64,000 nucleotides of DNA from Planctomycetota bacterium (GTDB lineage Bacteria > Planctomycetota > MHYJ01 > WSZJ01), in the NCBI GenBank assembly GCA_038060895.1, contig JBBTCT010000007.1, positions 132,023-196,022 of the forward strand, given 5' to 3'. Shown here one piece after another: positions 29,153 through 42,066 of the stretch. Under the pieces are notes generated by a model that saw nothing but the letters and a program-made list of their open reading frames with translations, was not told the origin of the DNA and did not search any database. Within the stretch, counting starts at the first letter, position 1, and the number at the start of each line of letters is the position of its first letter. A program made the position numbers and the translations under genes.

Positions 29153-30889
29153 CTACATTTCCTCGGGCGCCTCGATCCCGAGCAGCGCCAACCCGCTCCG
29201 AAGCACCTGCCTCGCGCTCGCGATGAGCAGGATCCTCGCGGCGGTCAGCGCCGCGTCGTCCGAGATGATCCGCTGCTGTTTCCAGAAGCGGTTGACCTCG
29301 CCCGACAAATCAATGAGGAAACGGCTCACGATCGACGGCTCATACCGGGTTGCCGCATCCAGAACGATCTGCGGGTAACGCCCGATCTGGCGCGCAACTC
29401 CCTTGTCGTCGTCAGTCGCGAGCAGCCTGAAATCCACGTCTCCGCTGACGGGCTTTCCGTACTTCCGCAGCGCGCTCGACAGCCGCGCAAACGTGTACTG
29501 CAGGTATGGCCCCGTCTCCCCCTTGAACGCCATCGTCTCGGGGTCGAAATCCAGCATCTGCTTCAGGTTGAAATCGATGTCCTTCGAGCGCGTCCGCGAC
29601 AGGTCGTTGTAGATCACGGCGCCGATGCCGACCGCGAGCGCGATCCGCGCCTTCTTCGCGTCGTCCCACTCCCGGGTGGCGATGATCTCGTTCACGCGGT
29701 CGATCGCCGACTGCAGCACGTCCTGCAGGAGCACGATCGTCCCCTTGCGCGTCGCCATCTTCTCCCGCTGCCCCTCGGCGTTAACGATGCGCATCAGCCC
29801 GAAGTCGACGTGTACGGGTTCCGCGTCCAGGCCCAGAAGCGACGCGACTTTGAACAGCTGTTTAAAGTGAAGCTTCTGGTCAGCGGCGACGACGTAGATG
29901 ATTTTCTTCGCGCCGTAGTGCCGGCGCCGGTACAGGATCGCCGCGAGGTCGCGCGTCCCGTAAAGCGAAGCGTCGTCCGCCTTCCTCAGCAGGAAGGGCT
30001 CCTTGATTCCGTGCGCGGTCAGGTCCACGACGTAGGCGCCCTCGCTCTGCGACGTCAGGTTCTTCGCCTCGAGCTCCTTGATCGCGGCGTCCATCTTGTC
30101 CACGTAGTCCGATTCGCCGCTCCAGGAGTCGAAGTCGACGCCGAGAAGCGCGTACACGCGCTTGAACTCCGTGAGCGAAATGTCGCGGAAGTGCTGCCAG
30201 AGCGACTTCGCCTCGGCGTCGCCCGTCTCGAGCTTCCGGAACCAGTCGCGCGCCTCCTGCTGGTACGCGGGGTCCAGTTTCGATGCCTCCGTGTACTTCA
30301 CCAGCAGGTCCTTCAGGAACTCGACGCCCTTCAGTTTCAGCTCGGCCTCGTCGCCCCACTTTTTCCACGCCGAGATCAGCTTCCCGAAATTCGTCCCCCA
30401 GTCGCCGAGGTGATTGACGCCGATGACCTTGTACCCGCACGCCTGCCACAGCCGGCGGATCCCGTTCCCGATGACCGTGCTCCGCAGATGCGCGATCCCG
30501 AGCGGCTTCGCAATATTCGGGCTCGAGAAGTCGATCACCACCGATTCGCCCTTCCCCGTCTCGTTCCGCCCGTACGCCTCCCCCGCCGCATGCGCCGCGA
30601 CGAGCACAGACTTCGCCAGCGCCCCCGGGTCCGCGAAAAAATTCACGTAAGGCCCCTTCGTCTCGACCTTGAGGATCGAAGCGGGCCTGGCGACCTTCGC
30701 CGCGACCTGCGTCGCCACGGCGGGCGGCGCCGCATTGCCGAAGCGGTCCCGGATCGTGAAGCACGGGAACGCGAAATCGCCCATGGCGGAGTCGGGCGGC
30801 GATTCCAGGAGCTTTTCGGCCTCCGCGGCGGAGAGGCCGGGGACGGCAGCGGCGATGGAAGCGGCGACTTCGGAGCGGATTTCGTTCAT
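29153..30889 (-). CDS. argS: Arginine--tRNA ligase
   Basis: MGDFAFPCF, GPYVNF, DFSSPNIAKP..HLRST.IG, NHLGDWGT.FG, KMATRKG, GETGPYLQY. Confidence 0.97.
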   Translation of the reverse strand: MNEIRSEVAASIAAAVPGLSAAEAEKLLESPPDSAMGDFAFPCFTIRDRFGNAAPPAVATQVAAKVARPASILKVETKGPYVNFFADPGALAKSVLVAAHAAGEAYGRNETGKGESVVIDFSSPNIAKPLGIAHLRSTVIGNGIRRLWQACGYKVIGVNHLGDWGTNFGKLISAWKKWGDEAELKLKGVEFLKDLLVKYTEASKLDPAYQQEARDWFRKLETGDAEAKSLWQHFRDISLTEFKRVYALLGVDFDSWSGESDYVDKMDAAIKELEAKNLTSQSEGAYVVDLTAHGIKEPFLLRKADDASLYGTRDLAAILYRRRHYGAKKIIYVVAADQKLHFKQLFKVASLLGLDAEPVHVDFGLMRIVNAEGQREKMATRKGTIVLLQDVLQSAIDRVNEIIATREWDDAKKARIALAVGIGAVIYNDLSRTRSKDIDFNLKQMLDFDPETMAFKGETGPYLQYTFARLSSALRKYGKPVSGDVDFRLLATDDDKGVARQIGRYPQIVLDAATRYEPSIVSRFLIDLSGEVNRFWKQQRIISDDAALTAARILLIASARQVLRSGLALLGIEAPEEM

Positions 30890-30942
30890 GGGGGCGCAAA
30901 GGTAATGAAAGAGCAGAGCTTTCGCCAGCGTCTGCCAGTCCA

Positions 30943-30970
30943 CCCTGAGCGAGCGAAGCGAGTCGAAGGG
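30943..30970. repeat. 28-bp REP-like repeat, copy 1
   Basis: ccctgagcgagcgaagcgagtcgaaggg; 27/28 identical to 57902-57929. Confidence 0.85.
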
Positions 30971-30977
30971 CCTCGCC

Positions 30978-31715
30978 TCAGTCCCGCACGCGCTCCGTCT
31001 TGCGCATTCTTACCGTCGCCAGCCGCTTCCCCCATCGGCGCAGCGCCTGCGGGATGAACGTGCGCGTGGGGCGTTCCTCCTCCGGGCCGGCTGCGTTCTT
31101 GTGATTCGTGCAGTGGAGCGTGCGCCAGAGGCCGAGGCGGTCGACGAGCTCGACCTTTTCGGGGCTGAGGTTCGTCATCTTCAGGAAGTTGTCCATCTTG
31201 AGGTCGCTGCGCCAGCCGACGCGCCAGAAGAGCGGGGCGAGAGCGAGCTCGACGTCGTTGATGAAGACGTTTGGAGCCATGAAGTGATTTACGAAGACGA
31301 GGCGGCCGCCGCGGCGGCAGACGCGCTTCATTTCCTGGACGACCGCCCGCGGGTCCGGGACGGTGGTGATGAAATACGCGGCGAGGACGGCGTCGAAGGA
31401 GTCGTCGGGAAAGTCGAGTTTGGTCGCGTCCATCTTCATGAGACGGACGTGGTTCCATTCGGCCTTCTGCTTGCGGATCTTGGCCTCGTCGAGCATGCCC
31501 TGCGAGAGGTCGATGCCGGTGAAATGAACGCTGTCCGGGAAGAGCGGAATGCACGCCCCGGTGCCGACGCCGACTTCCAGGATGCGCTCGCCGGGGCGGG
31601 AGGCGATGGCTGCGACGGCGCGGCGTCGGCCTTCGGCGAAGAAGCGCTCGAAGACGAAGTCGTACACGCCGGCGTAGAAATTGTAAACGGACTCGATGTA
31701 GGCGGTGCCTACCAT
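30978..31715 (-). CDS. Class I SAM methyltransferase, phospholipid N-methyltransferase (PmtA)-like
   Basis: YDFVF...GRRRAV, ILEVGVGTG, GIDLSQGML, MDATKLDFPDDSFD, VPDP, VNHF. Confidence 0.8.
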   Translation of the reverse strand: MVGTAYIESVYNFYAGVYDFVFERFFAEGRRRAVAAIASRPGERILEVGVGTGACIPLFPDSVHFTGIDLSQGMLDEAKIRKQKAEWNHVRLMKMDATKLDFPDDSFDAVLAAYFITTVPDPRAVVQEMKRVCRRGGRLVFVNHFMAPNVFINDVELALAPLFWRVGWRSDLKMDNFLKMTNLSPEKVELVDRLGLWRTLHCTNHKNAAGPEEERPTRTFIPQALRRWGKRLATVRMRKTERVRD

Positions 31716-31790
31716 GAAACCCCCGGTTGAGCCGTGAGGGGCCATTTTGCCGTTTTTGCAGCGCCTACCGCAACGAACAATTTCGGCAAA

Positions 31791-32780
31791 TCAGCGCCTT
31801 GGCCGGGGCGGCCGGGTGGTCTGGGACCGGTAGGTCGCGATGACCCGGTCGAGGATCTCGTCGATCCCGACAGTGGGCTTGTACCCGATGAACTTCTCGG
31901 CTTTTTCGATCGACGGCACGCGGCGCATCATGTCTTCGAATCCTTCCTCGTACGCCTTCTCGTAGGTGATGTGCTCGATCTTCGCATTGCCGCCGGTCTT
32001 TGCGACGACCTTCGCCGCGAGATCATTGATGGAGATCTCTTCGGTGGCGCCCAGGTTGAACACTTGCCCCTCCGCTTTCTCGCACGCTAGCAAGTCCGCC
32101 ATGCCGCGGACGACGTCGCCGACCCAGCCGAAACAGCGCGTCTGCTTGCCGTCGCCGTAGACCGAAATCGGGCCGCCGGCGAGGCCCTGTTCGATGAAGC
32201 GCGGGATGACCATGCCGTAGCGGCCGGTCTGGCGGGGGCCGACGGTGTTGAAGAGGCGTGCGATGACGACGGGGAGTTTCTTTTCCTTCGCGTAGGCCAG
32301 GGCGAGGAACTCGTCGACGGCCTTGGAAGCGGCGTAGGACCAGCGCGACTTGGTGGTAGCGCCGAAGACGAGGTCGTCGTCCTCCTTGAACGGCACTTTG
32401 GTGGACTTGCCGTAGACCTCGCTGGTGGAGGCGACGAAGATCGGCTTGAGTTTCTTCGCGGCGGCCTTGAGGACTAGTTCGGTGCCGCCGATGTTGGTTT
32501 CGATCGTGCGCGTCGGGCTCTCGATGATAAGGCGGACTCCCACGGCGGCGGCCAGGTGGAAGATCGCGTCGGCGTTGTCGACCATTTCGGCGAGCAGCGG
32601 GACGTTGAAAATCGTCTCGATTGCGTAGCTGAACTTCGGGTTGGACTTGAACGCCTCTATGTTGGCCATGGCGCCGGTCGAAAGGTCATCGATCACGGCG
32701 ACGCGGTCGCCGCGCGAAAGGAGGTGCTCGGCGAGGTGGCTGCCGATGAAACCTGCGCCGCCTGTGATGAGAACCTTCAT
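31791..32780 (-). CDS. NAD-dependent nucleotide-sugar epimerase/dehydratase
   Basis: ITGGAGFIGSH, HLAAAVGV, STSEVYGK, YAASK, RLFNTVGPRQ. Confidence 0.93.
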   Translation of the reverse strand: MKVLITGGAGFIGSHLAEHLLSRGDRVAVIDDLSTGAMANIEAFKSNPKFSYAIETIFNVPLLAEMVDNADAIFHLAAAVGVRLIIESPTRTIETNIGGTELVLKAAAKKLKPIFVASTSEVYGKSTKVPFKEDDDLVFGATTKSRWSYAASKAVDEFLALAYAKEKKLPVVIARLFNTVGPRQTGRYGMVIPRFIEQGLAGGPISVYGDGKQTRCFGWVGDVVRGMADLLACEKAEGQVFNLGATEEISINDLAAKVVAKTGGNAKIEHITYEKAYEEGFEDMMRRVPSIEKAEKFIGYKPTVGIDEILDRVIATYRSQTTRPPRPRR

Positions 32781-32802
32781 TTGAGAGCTCCAGTGCAAGG
32801 AC

Positions 32803-32860
32803 AAATCCCACCTCCAAATCCCAAGGAGCCGTTTTGGAGTTGGGGTTGGAGTTGGGATTT
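32803..32860. repeat. Palindrome with hexamer-repeat arms, related to 29028-29150
   Basis: aaatcccacctccaaatcccaaggagccgttttggagttggggttggagttgggattt. Confidence 0.75.
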
Positions 32861-32873
32861 ATTGAGCATTTGC

Positions 32874-36143
<3,270 letters not shown>

Positions 36144-36158
36144 TCGGTCTCCTGTCGA

Positions 36159-36202
36159 AGGCTCACCCGCCTTCGCCCTTCGGGCTTCGGCGGGTTGAGC
36201 CC
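36159..36202. repeat. REP-like hairpin upstream of carB
   Basis: ggctcacccgcc-ttcgcccttcgggcttc-ggcgggttgagcc. Confidence 0.55.
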
Positions 36203-36230
36203 GGTTTCGCGCTTCGCGCTCTCCGGGCTC

Positions 36231-36256
36231 AAAAAAAGCCCCGCCATTGCGGGGCT
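36231..36256 (-). terminator. Intrinsic terminator on the minus strand, upstream of carB
   Basis: Minus strand reads AGCCCCGC-AATG-GCGGGGCT followed by a T-run. Confidence 0.75.
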
Positions 36257-36378
36257 GGGGGGTCTTCCCTATGTGTCGTGGGGGTGGGTCACTCGTTCGC
36301 GCCTAAACCTTTCAGAATCTACGGAAGCGGCGCCGTTTCGGCAAGCAATGCTGCCGTCGGTCCGGCGTCAACCACGCA

Positions 36379-37359
36379 TCATTTTCCGCGTTCGACCTTG
36401 AGCCCCTGGATCACCTTGTCGTCCGGAAACGCCGCCTTTGCGATTCGCAGAAGCGCCGGCCGGGCACCATCGCAGTCTTCCTTCCTGGGCTCCGGCTTGG
36501 CGTCGCCATCCGGGATCCGGGTGATCATCACTTCGTCGCACGAGAAGCAGACGAGGATCTCAATGGTTCCGCTCTTCTTGCTTTGGATCCGGAAAGCGAG
36601 GCCCGGTTCAAAGGTGCAGCCTTTGACTGAGCGGAAGCTGTAGGTGCCTTCATCCAGGAGAGATCCCTTAAGGTCCATGTCGAGATCGGCAATGTCCTCG
36701 TCGGAACGGCCGAGAACGTCCTGGTCTTCGATCCTGGGGCCGGTGATGTGGTGTTCTTCCTTCGGCTTGATGCGAAAAATCTCAACCAGGTCGAAGTCCT
36801 GGATGATCCCGACGATCCCATCGCCCAGGAACTCCTTCACTTTCTTCGACGGCCCCAGTTTCGCGGCCTCCATGCGCCCCAGATCGCCGTCGTCGGGAAA
36901 CGCCTCCCGGCAAAGGACGAACCACGGCCCCGACTTCTCTTCGAAGTCCCCGAGCGCCCGGATCGGCTCCGCAGCCTTCGGCGGGAATGAAGTCACTTGA
37001 ACCTGGTCGCAGTGGAAGCAGATGAGCACATCGACATGCTCCTTTCCTTTCCAGACCCGGAACGCGTCGTGAGGCACGAACGCGCACTCCAGGTCGTTCG
37101 GCTCCGTTTCCTCGTGCTTCAGCTGCGACAGAATCCGCTTCGCGAACGCCGCATCTTTTTCGGGGCCCGTCTTGACGACGGGATACCCGTCCACCACGTT
37201 CGCGCCGACCGTCTCGTCCCGCTCCGAATGCGTCCGGAACGTCTCGACCCGGTCGGCTCCCTCGAGAATCCCAAGGGCATGCTTGCCAACCTCTCCCATG
37301 AACGCATCGTCGGCGCACGCCGCAAGGCCCATCGAGGCGACCAGGATCAGGGTCTTCAC
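36379..37359 (-). CDS. Putative lipoprotein with two copies of a CxFxP...CF[HS]CD domain
   Basis: GTG start after GGAGG; LAAC lipobox; internal duplication. Confidence 0.75.
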   Translation of the reverse strand: MKTLILVASMGLAACADDAFMGEVGKHALGILEGADRVETFRTHSERDETVGANVVDGYPVVKTGPEKDAAFAKRILSQLKHEETEPNDLECAFVPHDAFRVWKGKEHVDVLICFHCDQVQVTSFPPKAAEPIRALGDFEEKSGPWFVLCREAFPDDGDLGRMEAAKLGPSKKVKEFLGDGIVGIIQDFDLVEIFRIKPKEEHHITGPRIEDQDVLGRSDEDIADLDMDLKGSLLDEGTYSFRSVKGCTFEPGLAFRIQSKKSGTIEILVCFSCDEVMITRIPDGDAKPEPRKEDCDGARPALLRIAKAAFPDDKVIQGLKVERGK

Positions 37360-37916
37360 TTGTCCTCCCTCTTGTCCTTCAACCCCTGGATCTCCTTGTC
37401 GTCCGGAAACGCTTCCTTGCACAGCTTCACCAGCGCCGCACGCGCGGCATCAAAGTCCTCGTGCGAGACCTTGCGCTCCTTCTCCCCGGGCGGAATCGTC
37501 GAGATTTCCAGCTCGTCGCAGTGGAAGCAGAGCACGACGTCTACCCAGTCCTTCTCACGCCAGAGGCGGAAGCCGACTCCCGGCTCGAACTTGCATTTCT
37601 TCGCCTTCTCCCAGTCGTACGTCTTCTCGTCGAACACGATGGCCGCGAGCTTCAGCCCGAATTCCCGGGTCTGCTCTTTCCCGGTCGAAATGATCGGGTA
37701 CCCGCCGCACTCCTTCCCCATCGGCTCCGTCGGCTTCTCCGGGAACACGCGGAACACTTCGACCTTCATCACTCCCGCGATGATCCCCACCGGCCGCTCG
37801 CCGCCCAGCCAGGCCTTCACTTTGTCCGAAGGGCCCTTCTTTTCTTCTTCCGCCCAGGTCGCCGCGGCAGCGCCGAACAGGAGCGCGGCCGCAACCGCCA
37901 GCTTCATCGTCTTCAC
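37356..37916 (-). CDS. Secreted protein with one copy of the same CxFxP...CFHCD domain
   Basis: Signal peptide; KKCKFEPGVGFR...VVLCFHCDE...AFPDDKEIQGLK. Confidence 0.75.
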   Translation of the reverse strand: MKTMKLAVAAALLFGAAAATWAEEEKKGPSDKVKAWLGGERPVGIIAGVMKVEVFRVFPEKPTEPMGKECGGYPIISTGKEQTREFGLKLAAIVFDEKTYDWEKAKKCKFEPGVGFRLWREKDWVDVVLCFHCDELEISTIPPGEKERKVSHEDFDAARAALVKLCKEAFPDDKEIQGLKDKREDK

Positions 37917-37966
37917 GGTTTCCGTCCCTCGATTCGGTTTCGGAGGAGCATTCTATGCCACGGCGC

Positions 37967-40018
37967 CTATGAGTCGTACCCCGACTCCCCATCCATCCAC
38001 CGATCCGGGTCGTCTTCGCCTTTCGGTTTCACATGCCGGTCCCCCCACGAGGGTCTCTTGATGTCCACCGGCGTCACGAGGTGCGCGGGCAGTTCCTGCA
38101 GGAAGCGGCTCGCGTGCTGCCGGACGCCGGGGATCTGGCCTTCGCGCGCATAGAGCGGCAGACAGAGCTCGAGGTGCCGCCGCGCTCGCGTCACCGCGAC
38201 ATAGAACAGCCGCCGCTCTTCTTCTTCGCTTCCCTCCCCCAGCGCGCGCGAATCCGGGAAGCGCCCGTCCACGAGCCACGGAAGGAAGACTGCCTGCCAT
38301 TCGAGGCCTTTGGCCTGGTGAATGGTCGAGAGCACCACGCGCCGCTCGGGAGGAGCCTGGGCGCCTTCGCCCTCGGCGACGTTGGAGAGAAGCGCGAGTT
38401 CCGACAGGAACTGCGTCGTCGTCGGGAATCGCCCGGCGTACGAGGCGAGGGTCTCGAGGTCCATGATGCGGGACTGGGCGTTTTCGTAAGTGTCGAAGAG
38501 GTGCCCGCGGTAGCCGCCGGAGATCACGGCCTCCAGCTGCGCCGCCGGTTTGTCCCTGAACGCCATGACGGACTGCATCGTCCGCGCGAGGTCCTCGAGC
38601 CCGGCGGCGGCGGCCTTCGGCATCGGGAGTTTTTTTTTCGCGAGGTCGCCGAGGGGGTCTTTCGAATTGGCGACCGCTGCCCACACTTTCGCCGCCGTCA
38701 CTTTCCCGACCTTCGGCAGCAGCCGAAGCGCGCGCTTCCACGCCAGCTCGTCCCGCGGGTTCGCGGCCATGCGCAGGTAGGACGTGGCGTCCTTGATGTG
38801 GGCCTGTTCGAAGAAGCGCATGCCGGAGCGGACTTCGAAGGGGATGCCGCGTTGCGAGAGTTCCATCTGGAGTTCCATGGAGTGGTAGTGCGAGCGGTAG
38901 AGGATCGCGATCTGGTCGAGGTCGATGCCCTCTTCTTCGAGGTCCCCGATTCGCTGCACGATGTACGCGGCCTGCTCCTCGGCGCGCTCGAGGGCGACGA
39001 GCCGCGGGCGGGGGCCGGGAGGCTGCTGCGACACGAGGTGCTTCTCGAACTGGTCGCGGTTGTGCGCGATCGACGCATTCGCGAGCTCGAGGATCTCGGG
39101 ACTCGAGCGGTAGTTGATCTCCAGCTTGTACGTCCTCGCGTCCGGGTACCGCTCCGGGAACTTCATGATGTTCGCGAAATTCGCGCCGCGGAACGAGTAG
39201 ATCGACTGGGCGTCGTCGCCGACGACCATGAGGTTGCGGTGCGCGAAGGCCAGGTGGTCGACGATCTTCGCCTGCAGGATGTTCGTGTCCTGGTACTCGT
39301 CCACGAGGACGTAGGCGAAGCGCCGCCGGAATTCGTCGCGGACCTCCTCGTTTTCGTCCATCGCCTGCAGCCAGAGCGTCAGGAGGTCGTCGAAGTCGGC
39401 GACGCCGAGGTCTTTTTTTCGCGCGGCGTACGATCCCTGGATCGCCACCAGGTGCTGCATCAGGTCGAAGTGCATCGGGTAACGCCGCTGGACCACCGCT
39501 TCCAGCGTCTCCCGCGTGTTCGCCGCCATCGAGATCATGTCGAGAACGAGGCCAGCCTTGGGGAAGCGCTTCGCCTCGAGATCGACGCTCGGCTCCATGA
39601 CTTCGCCCAGCAGGTCCTCCGCGTCGTCGCGGTCCAGGATCGTGAAGTCGCGCGGCATCCCGACCGCCGCCGCGTGCCGGCGAAGGGCGAGGTGCCCGGC
39701 GTGGTGAAATGTCCCGCCGACGGCGCTGCACGCGCCTCCCAGCAGGAGTTCGACCCGCGCCAGCATTTCCTTCGCCGCCTTGTTCGTGAACGTGAGGAGC
39801 AGGATCGCCCCCGGCGGCACGCCGCTCTCGACCAGCCGCGCCACCCGGAACGTCAGCGTCCTCGTCTTGCCGCTTCCCGCCCCCGCGATGACCAGCAGCG
39901 GGCCGCTTCCCGCCATGACGACCTCAAGCTGCTGCGGATTCAGCTCGCGCGCGTAATCGATGCGCGGCGCTCCGCCCGCGGGACGCAGCTCGTACTCCTC
40001 CCGCGGGCCGTCCGTCAT
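37967..40018 (-). CDS. UvrD/PcrA/Rep family ATP-dependent DNA helicase
   Basis: IAGAGSGKTRT, LTFTNKAA, VDEYQDTN, VGDDAQSIYSFRGA, NYRS, STIHQAKGLEW, EERRLFYVAVTRA. Confidence 0.95.
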   Translation of the reverse strand: MTDGPREEYELRPAGGAPRIDYARELNPQQLEVVMAGSGPLLVIAGAGSGKTRTLTFRVARLVESGVPPGAILLLTFTNKAAKEMLARVELLLGGACSAVGGTFHHAGHLALRRHAAAVGMPRDFTILDRDDAEDLLGEVMEPSVDLEAKRFPKAGLVLDMISMAANTRETLEAVVQRRYPMHFDLMQHLVAIQGSYAARKKDLGVADFDDLLTLWLQAMDENEEVRDEFRRRFAYVLVDEYQDTNILQAKIVDHLAFAHRNLMVVGDDAQSIYSFRGANFANIMKFPERYPDARTYKLEINYRSSPEILELANASIAHNRDQFEKHLVSQQPPGPRPRLVALERAEEQAAYIVQRIGDLEEEGIDLDQIAILYRSHYHSMELQMELSQRGIPFEVRSGMRFFEQAHIKDATSYLRMAANPRDELAWKRALRLLPKVGKVTAAKVWAAVANSKDPLGDLAKKKLPMPKAAAAGLEDLARTMQSVMAFRDKPAAQLEAVISGGYRGHLFDTYENAQSRIMDLETLASYAGRFPTTTQFLSELALLSNVAEGEGAQAPPERRVVLSTIHQAKGLEWQAVFLPWLVDGRFPDSRALGEGSEEEERRLFYVAVTRARRHLELCLPLYAREGQIPGVRQHASRFLQELPAHLVTPVDIKRPSWGDRHVKPKGEDDPDRWMDGESGYDS

Positions 40019-40024
40019 GCGGTC

Positions 40025-40231
40025 CTATTTCTTCTCGGCGGCCTTCTTGGCTGCCGCGATCTTCGTGCCGGAAGCGAGCCTCCAGCGGCGCTGAAGGCGC
40101 TTCAACCTCTTGCGCTCGGCGCGTAGGTTGGTGTCCTTGTCGCGGTCCTTCGACTTCGCCTTGAGCTCGACAACGGTCTTCTTCTGGGCGACGACGTCCT
40201 TCTTGACTTCCTCTGCATTGACCTTGGCCAT
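40025..40231 (-). CDS. Small basic helical protein
   Basis: GGAGAG RBS; K/R-rich 68 aa; native codon bias. Confidence 0.65.
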   Translation of the reverse strand: MAKVNAEEVKKDVVAQKKTVVELKAKSKDRDKDTNLRAERKRLKRLQRRWRLASGTKIAAAKKAAEKK

Positions 40232-40446
40232 GGACTCTCCTGGGGGTAAGGGGGGAAGAAGTTACCAAGTGAGCGCGCGGGAAGCAAGGGTCCACAGGCG
40301 TGCGGCGACGGCCGCCGGCGGATTGGCCATGCGCATTTCAGGTCCCGTGCAGCAGGCTTCGGAAGGCCCGTCGCTGCACGCTTGGGGACCCTTGCCTCCC
40401 GCGCGCTCAGCCGCTACATTCCGGCCCCCGAACCCGGAGATTCCGC

Positions 40447-40926
40447 GTGCCGCAGCCCCTTCTCGTCGACATTTCCCGGATTGATTTCTCGAAGGTCGAG
40501 ATCGGGATCGAGCAGATTCGAATGGTGAATGCTCACCGCCACGAATTTGAAATGCTCGACGGCATCTACCACCTGAACGCGAAGGACCGCTCGGCGGTCG
40601 GGTTCAAGAAGACGTCCATGAACGACTTCTGGGTGCGAGGTCACATTCCCGGGCGGCCCCTGATGCCCGGGGTCCTGATTGCAGAGAGCGCCGGGCAGCT
40701 TTGCTCGTACGTCTACAGGACGGTCATCAATACGACCCCGGGCGTCTTTCTCGGGTTCGCGGGTCTGAACAACGTCAAGTTCCGCGGGACGGTGCCCCCA
40801 GGCGAGACGCTCATCCTGATCGCGAAAGCCAGGGAAGAGCGCCACAGGCGGATTGTGTGCGACACGCAGGCCCTGGCTGGCGACAAGGTTGTGTTCGAAG
40901 GGGAAGTCGTGGGGATGCCTTTTTAG
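40447..40926 (+). CDS. fabZ: 3-hydroxyacyl-ACP dehydratase (FabZ/FabA hot-dog family)
   Basis: HRHEFEMLD, FWVRGHIPGRPLMPGVLIAESAGQ, VKFRGTV.PG. Confidence 0.85.
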   Translation: MPQPLLVDISRIDFSKVEIGIEQIRMVNAHRHEFEMLDGIYHLNAKDRSAVGFKKTSMNDFWVRGHIPGRPLMPGVLIAESAGQLCSYVYRTVINTTPGVFLGFAGLNNVKFRGTVPPGETLILIAKAREERHRRIVCDTQALAGDKVVFEGEVVGMPF

Positions 40927-40929
40927 CCG

Positions 40930-41036
40930 CGGGCGAGCGGGCGGGCGGGCAAGCGGGCGAACGACAAAACGACAATCCGGAACGGCACTGTAGTTTTTTC
41001 TCGCCCGCCTGACCGCTCGCCCGCCTGCCCGCCCCC
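40930..41036. repeat. Palindrome with GGGC-repeat arms
   Basis: gggcgagcgggcgggcgggcaagcgggcga ... tcgcccgcctgaccgctcgcccgcctgcccgccc. Confidence 0.75.
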
Positions 41037-41082
41037 GGTTAGGATGCCTGCTTCTCAAGCCAAGTACCCCCGAGGTTCACGC

Positions 41083-41907
41083 ATGAAGTTCACCAAGATG
41101 CACGGCATCGCCAACGACTACGTCGTCCTCAACGGGGTGAAAGACCACGTCCGCAATCCCGGCAAGTCGGCGAAGGAACTCTGTGACCGGCGCTTCGGAA
41201 TCGGCGCGGACGGATTGCTGCTCGTGCTTCCGGGAAACGGAGCGGACTTCCGGATGAGGATGTTCAATCCGGACGGAAGCGAAGCGGAGATGTGCGGGAA
41301 CGGGATCCGGTGTTTCGGTAAGTACGTGTTCGACCATGGGTTGACCGGAAAGAAGCGGATCACGGTGTCGACGCTCGGGGGGACCAAAACGCTCGATTTC
41401 GCCGTGAGCGGCGGGGCGGTGAAGTCCGTGAAGGTGGACATGGGCGAGCCGAAACTCGAGCGGCCGGAGATCCCGATGGTCGGGAAAGGCCGCGCGGTCA
41501 ACCAGCTGATCAAGGTCGCCGGCCGGACGTTTCGCTTCACGAGCGTCTCGATGGGCAACCCGCACTGCGTGATCTTCGTGCCGCGCGTGAAGGACTTCCC
41601 CGTCGCCGAAATCGGCCCGCAGATCGAGTGGTGCAAGTGGTGGCCGAAGAAGGTGAACGTGGAATTCGTCGAGGTCGTGTCCCGCAAGGAAGTCCGCCAG
41701 CGGACGTGGGAGCGAGGCGCCGGGGAGACGTGGGGATGCGGGACGGGAGCGGCGGCGGTGTGCGTGGCGGGGGTGCTGACGGGACGGACGGAGCGGAAAA
41801 TCCTGAATCACCTGCTCGGGGGAGATTTGACGCTGGAGTGGGGGAAGAACGGGCATGTGTTCAAGACGGGGCCGGCCGTGGAAGTTTTTGAAGGGGTGGT
41901 GCCCTAA
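41083..41907 (+). CDS. dapF: Diaminopimelate epimerase
   Basis: FTKMHGIANDY, NPDGSEAEMCGNGIRC, SMGNPHCV, NVEF, ERGAGETWGCGTG. Confidence 0.97.
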   Translation: MKFTKMHGIANDYVVLNGVKDHVRNPGKSAKELCDRRFGIGADGLLLVLPGNGADFRMRMFNPDGSEAEMCGNGIRCFGKYVFDHGLTGKKRITVSTLGGTKTLDFAVSGGAVKSVKVDMGEPKLERPEIPMVGKGRAVNQLIKVAGRTFRFTSVSMGNPHCVIFVPRVKDFPVAEIGPQIEWCKWWPKKVNVEFVEVVSRKEVRQRTWERGAGETWGCGTGAAAVCVAGVLTGRTERKILNHLLGGDLTLEWGKNGHVFKTGPAVEVFEGVVP

Positions 41908-42066
41908 GGGGAAAAAGGGCAACAACGAAACGAAAAGCGAAAAACGAAAAGGTAAAAACGAAAATTGACCGGCCCGCAGAAGAAGAGCCTCGCTTCGGCG
42001 GGCCGTTTTCTTTTCGTTTTTCGTTTTTACTTTTTCGTTTTTCGTTTCGTTGCTGCCCTTTCCCCC
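41908..42066. repeat. Palindrome with A-rich heptamer arms (CGAAAAA / TTTTTCG) between convergent genes
   Basis: aacgaaacgaaaagcgaaaaacgaaaaggtaaaaacgaaaa ... ttttcgtttttcgtttttactttttcgtttttcgtttcgtt, with a GC hairpin core. Confidence 0.85.

Noticed and set aside
36144-36378. PyrR-type attenuator or riboswitch upstream of carB
   Set aside because: A terminator and a REP-like hairpin are present, but I saw no PyrR-binding consensus; the terminator is explained by the upstream genes. An Rfam scan would settle it.
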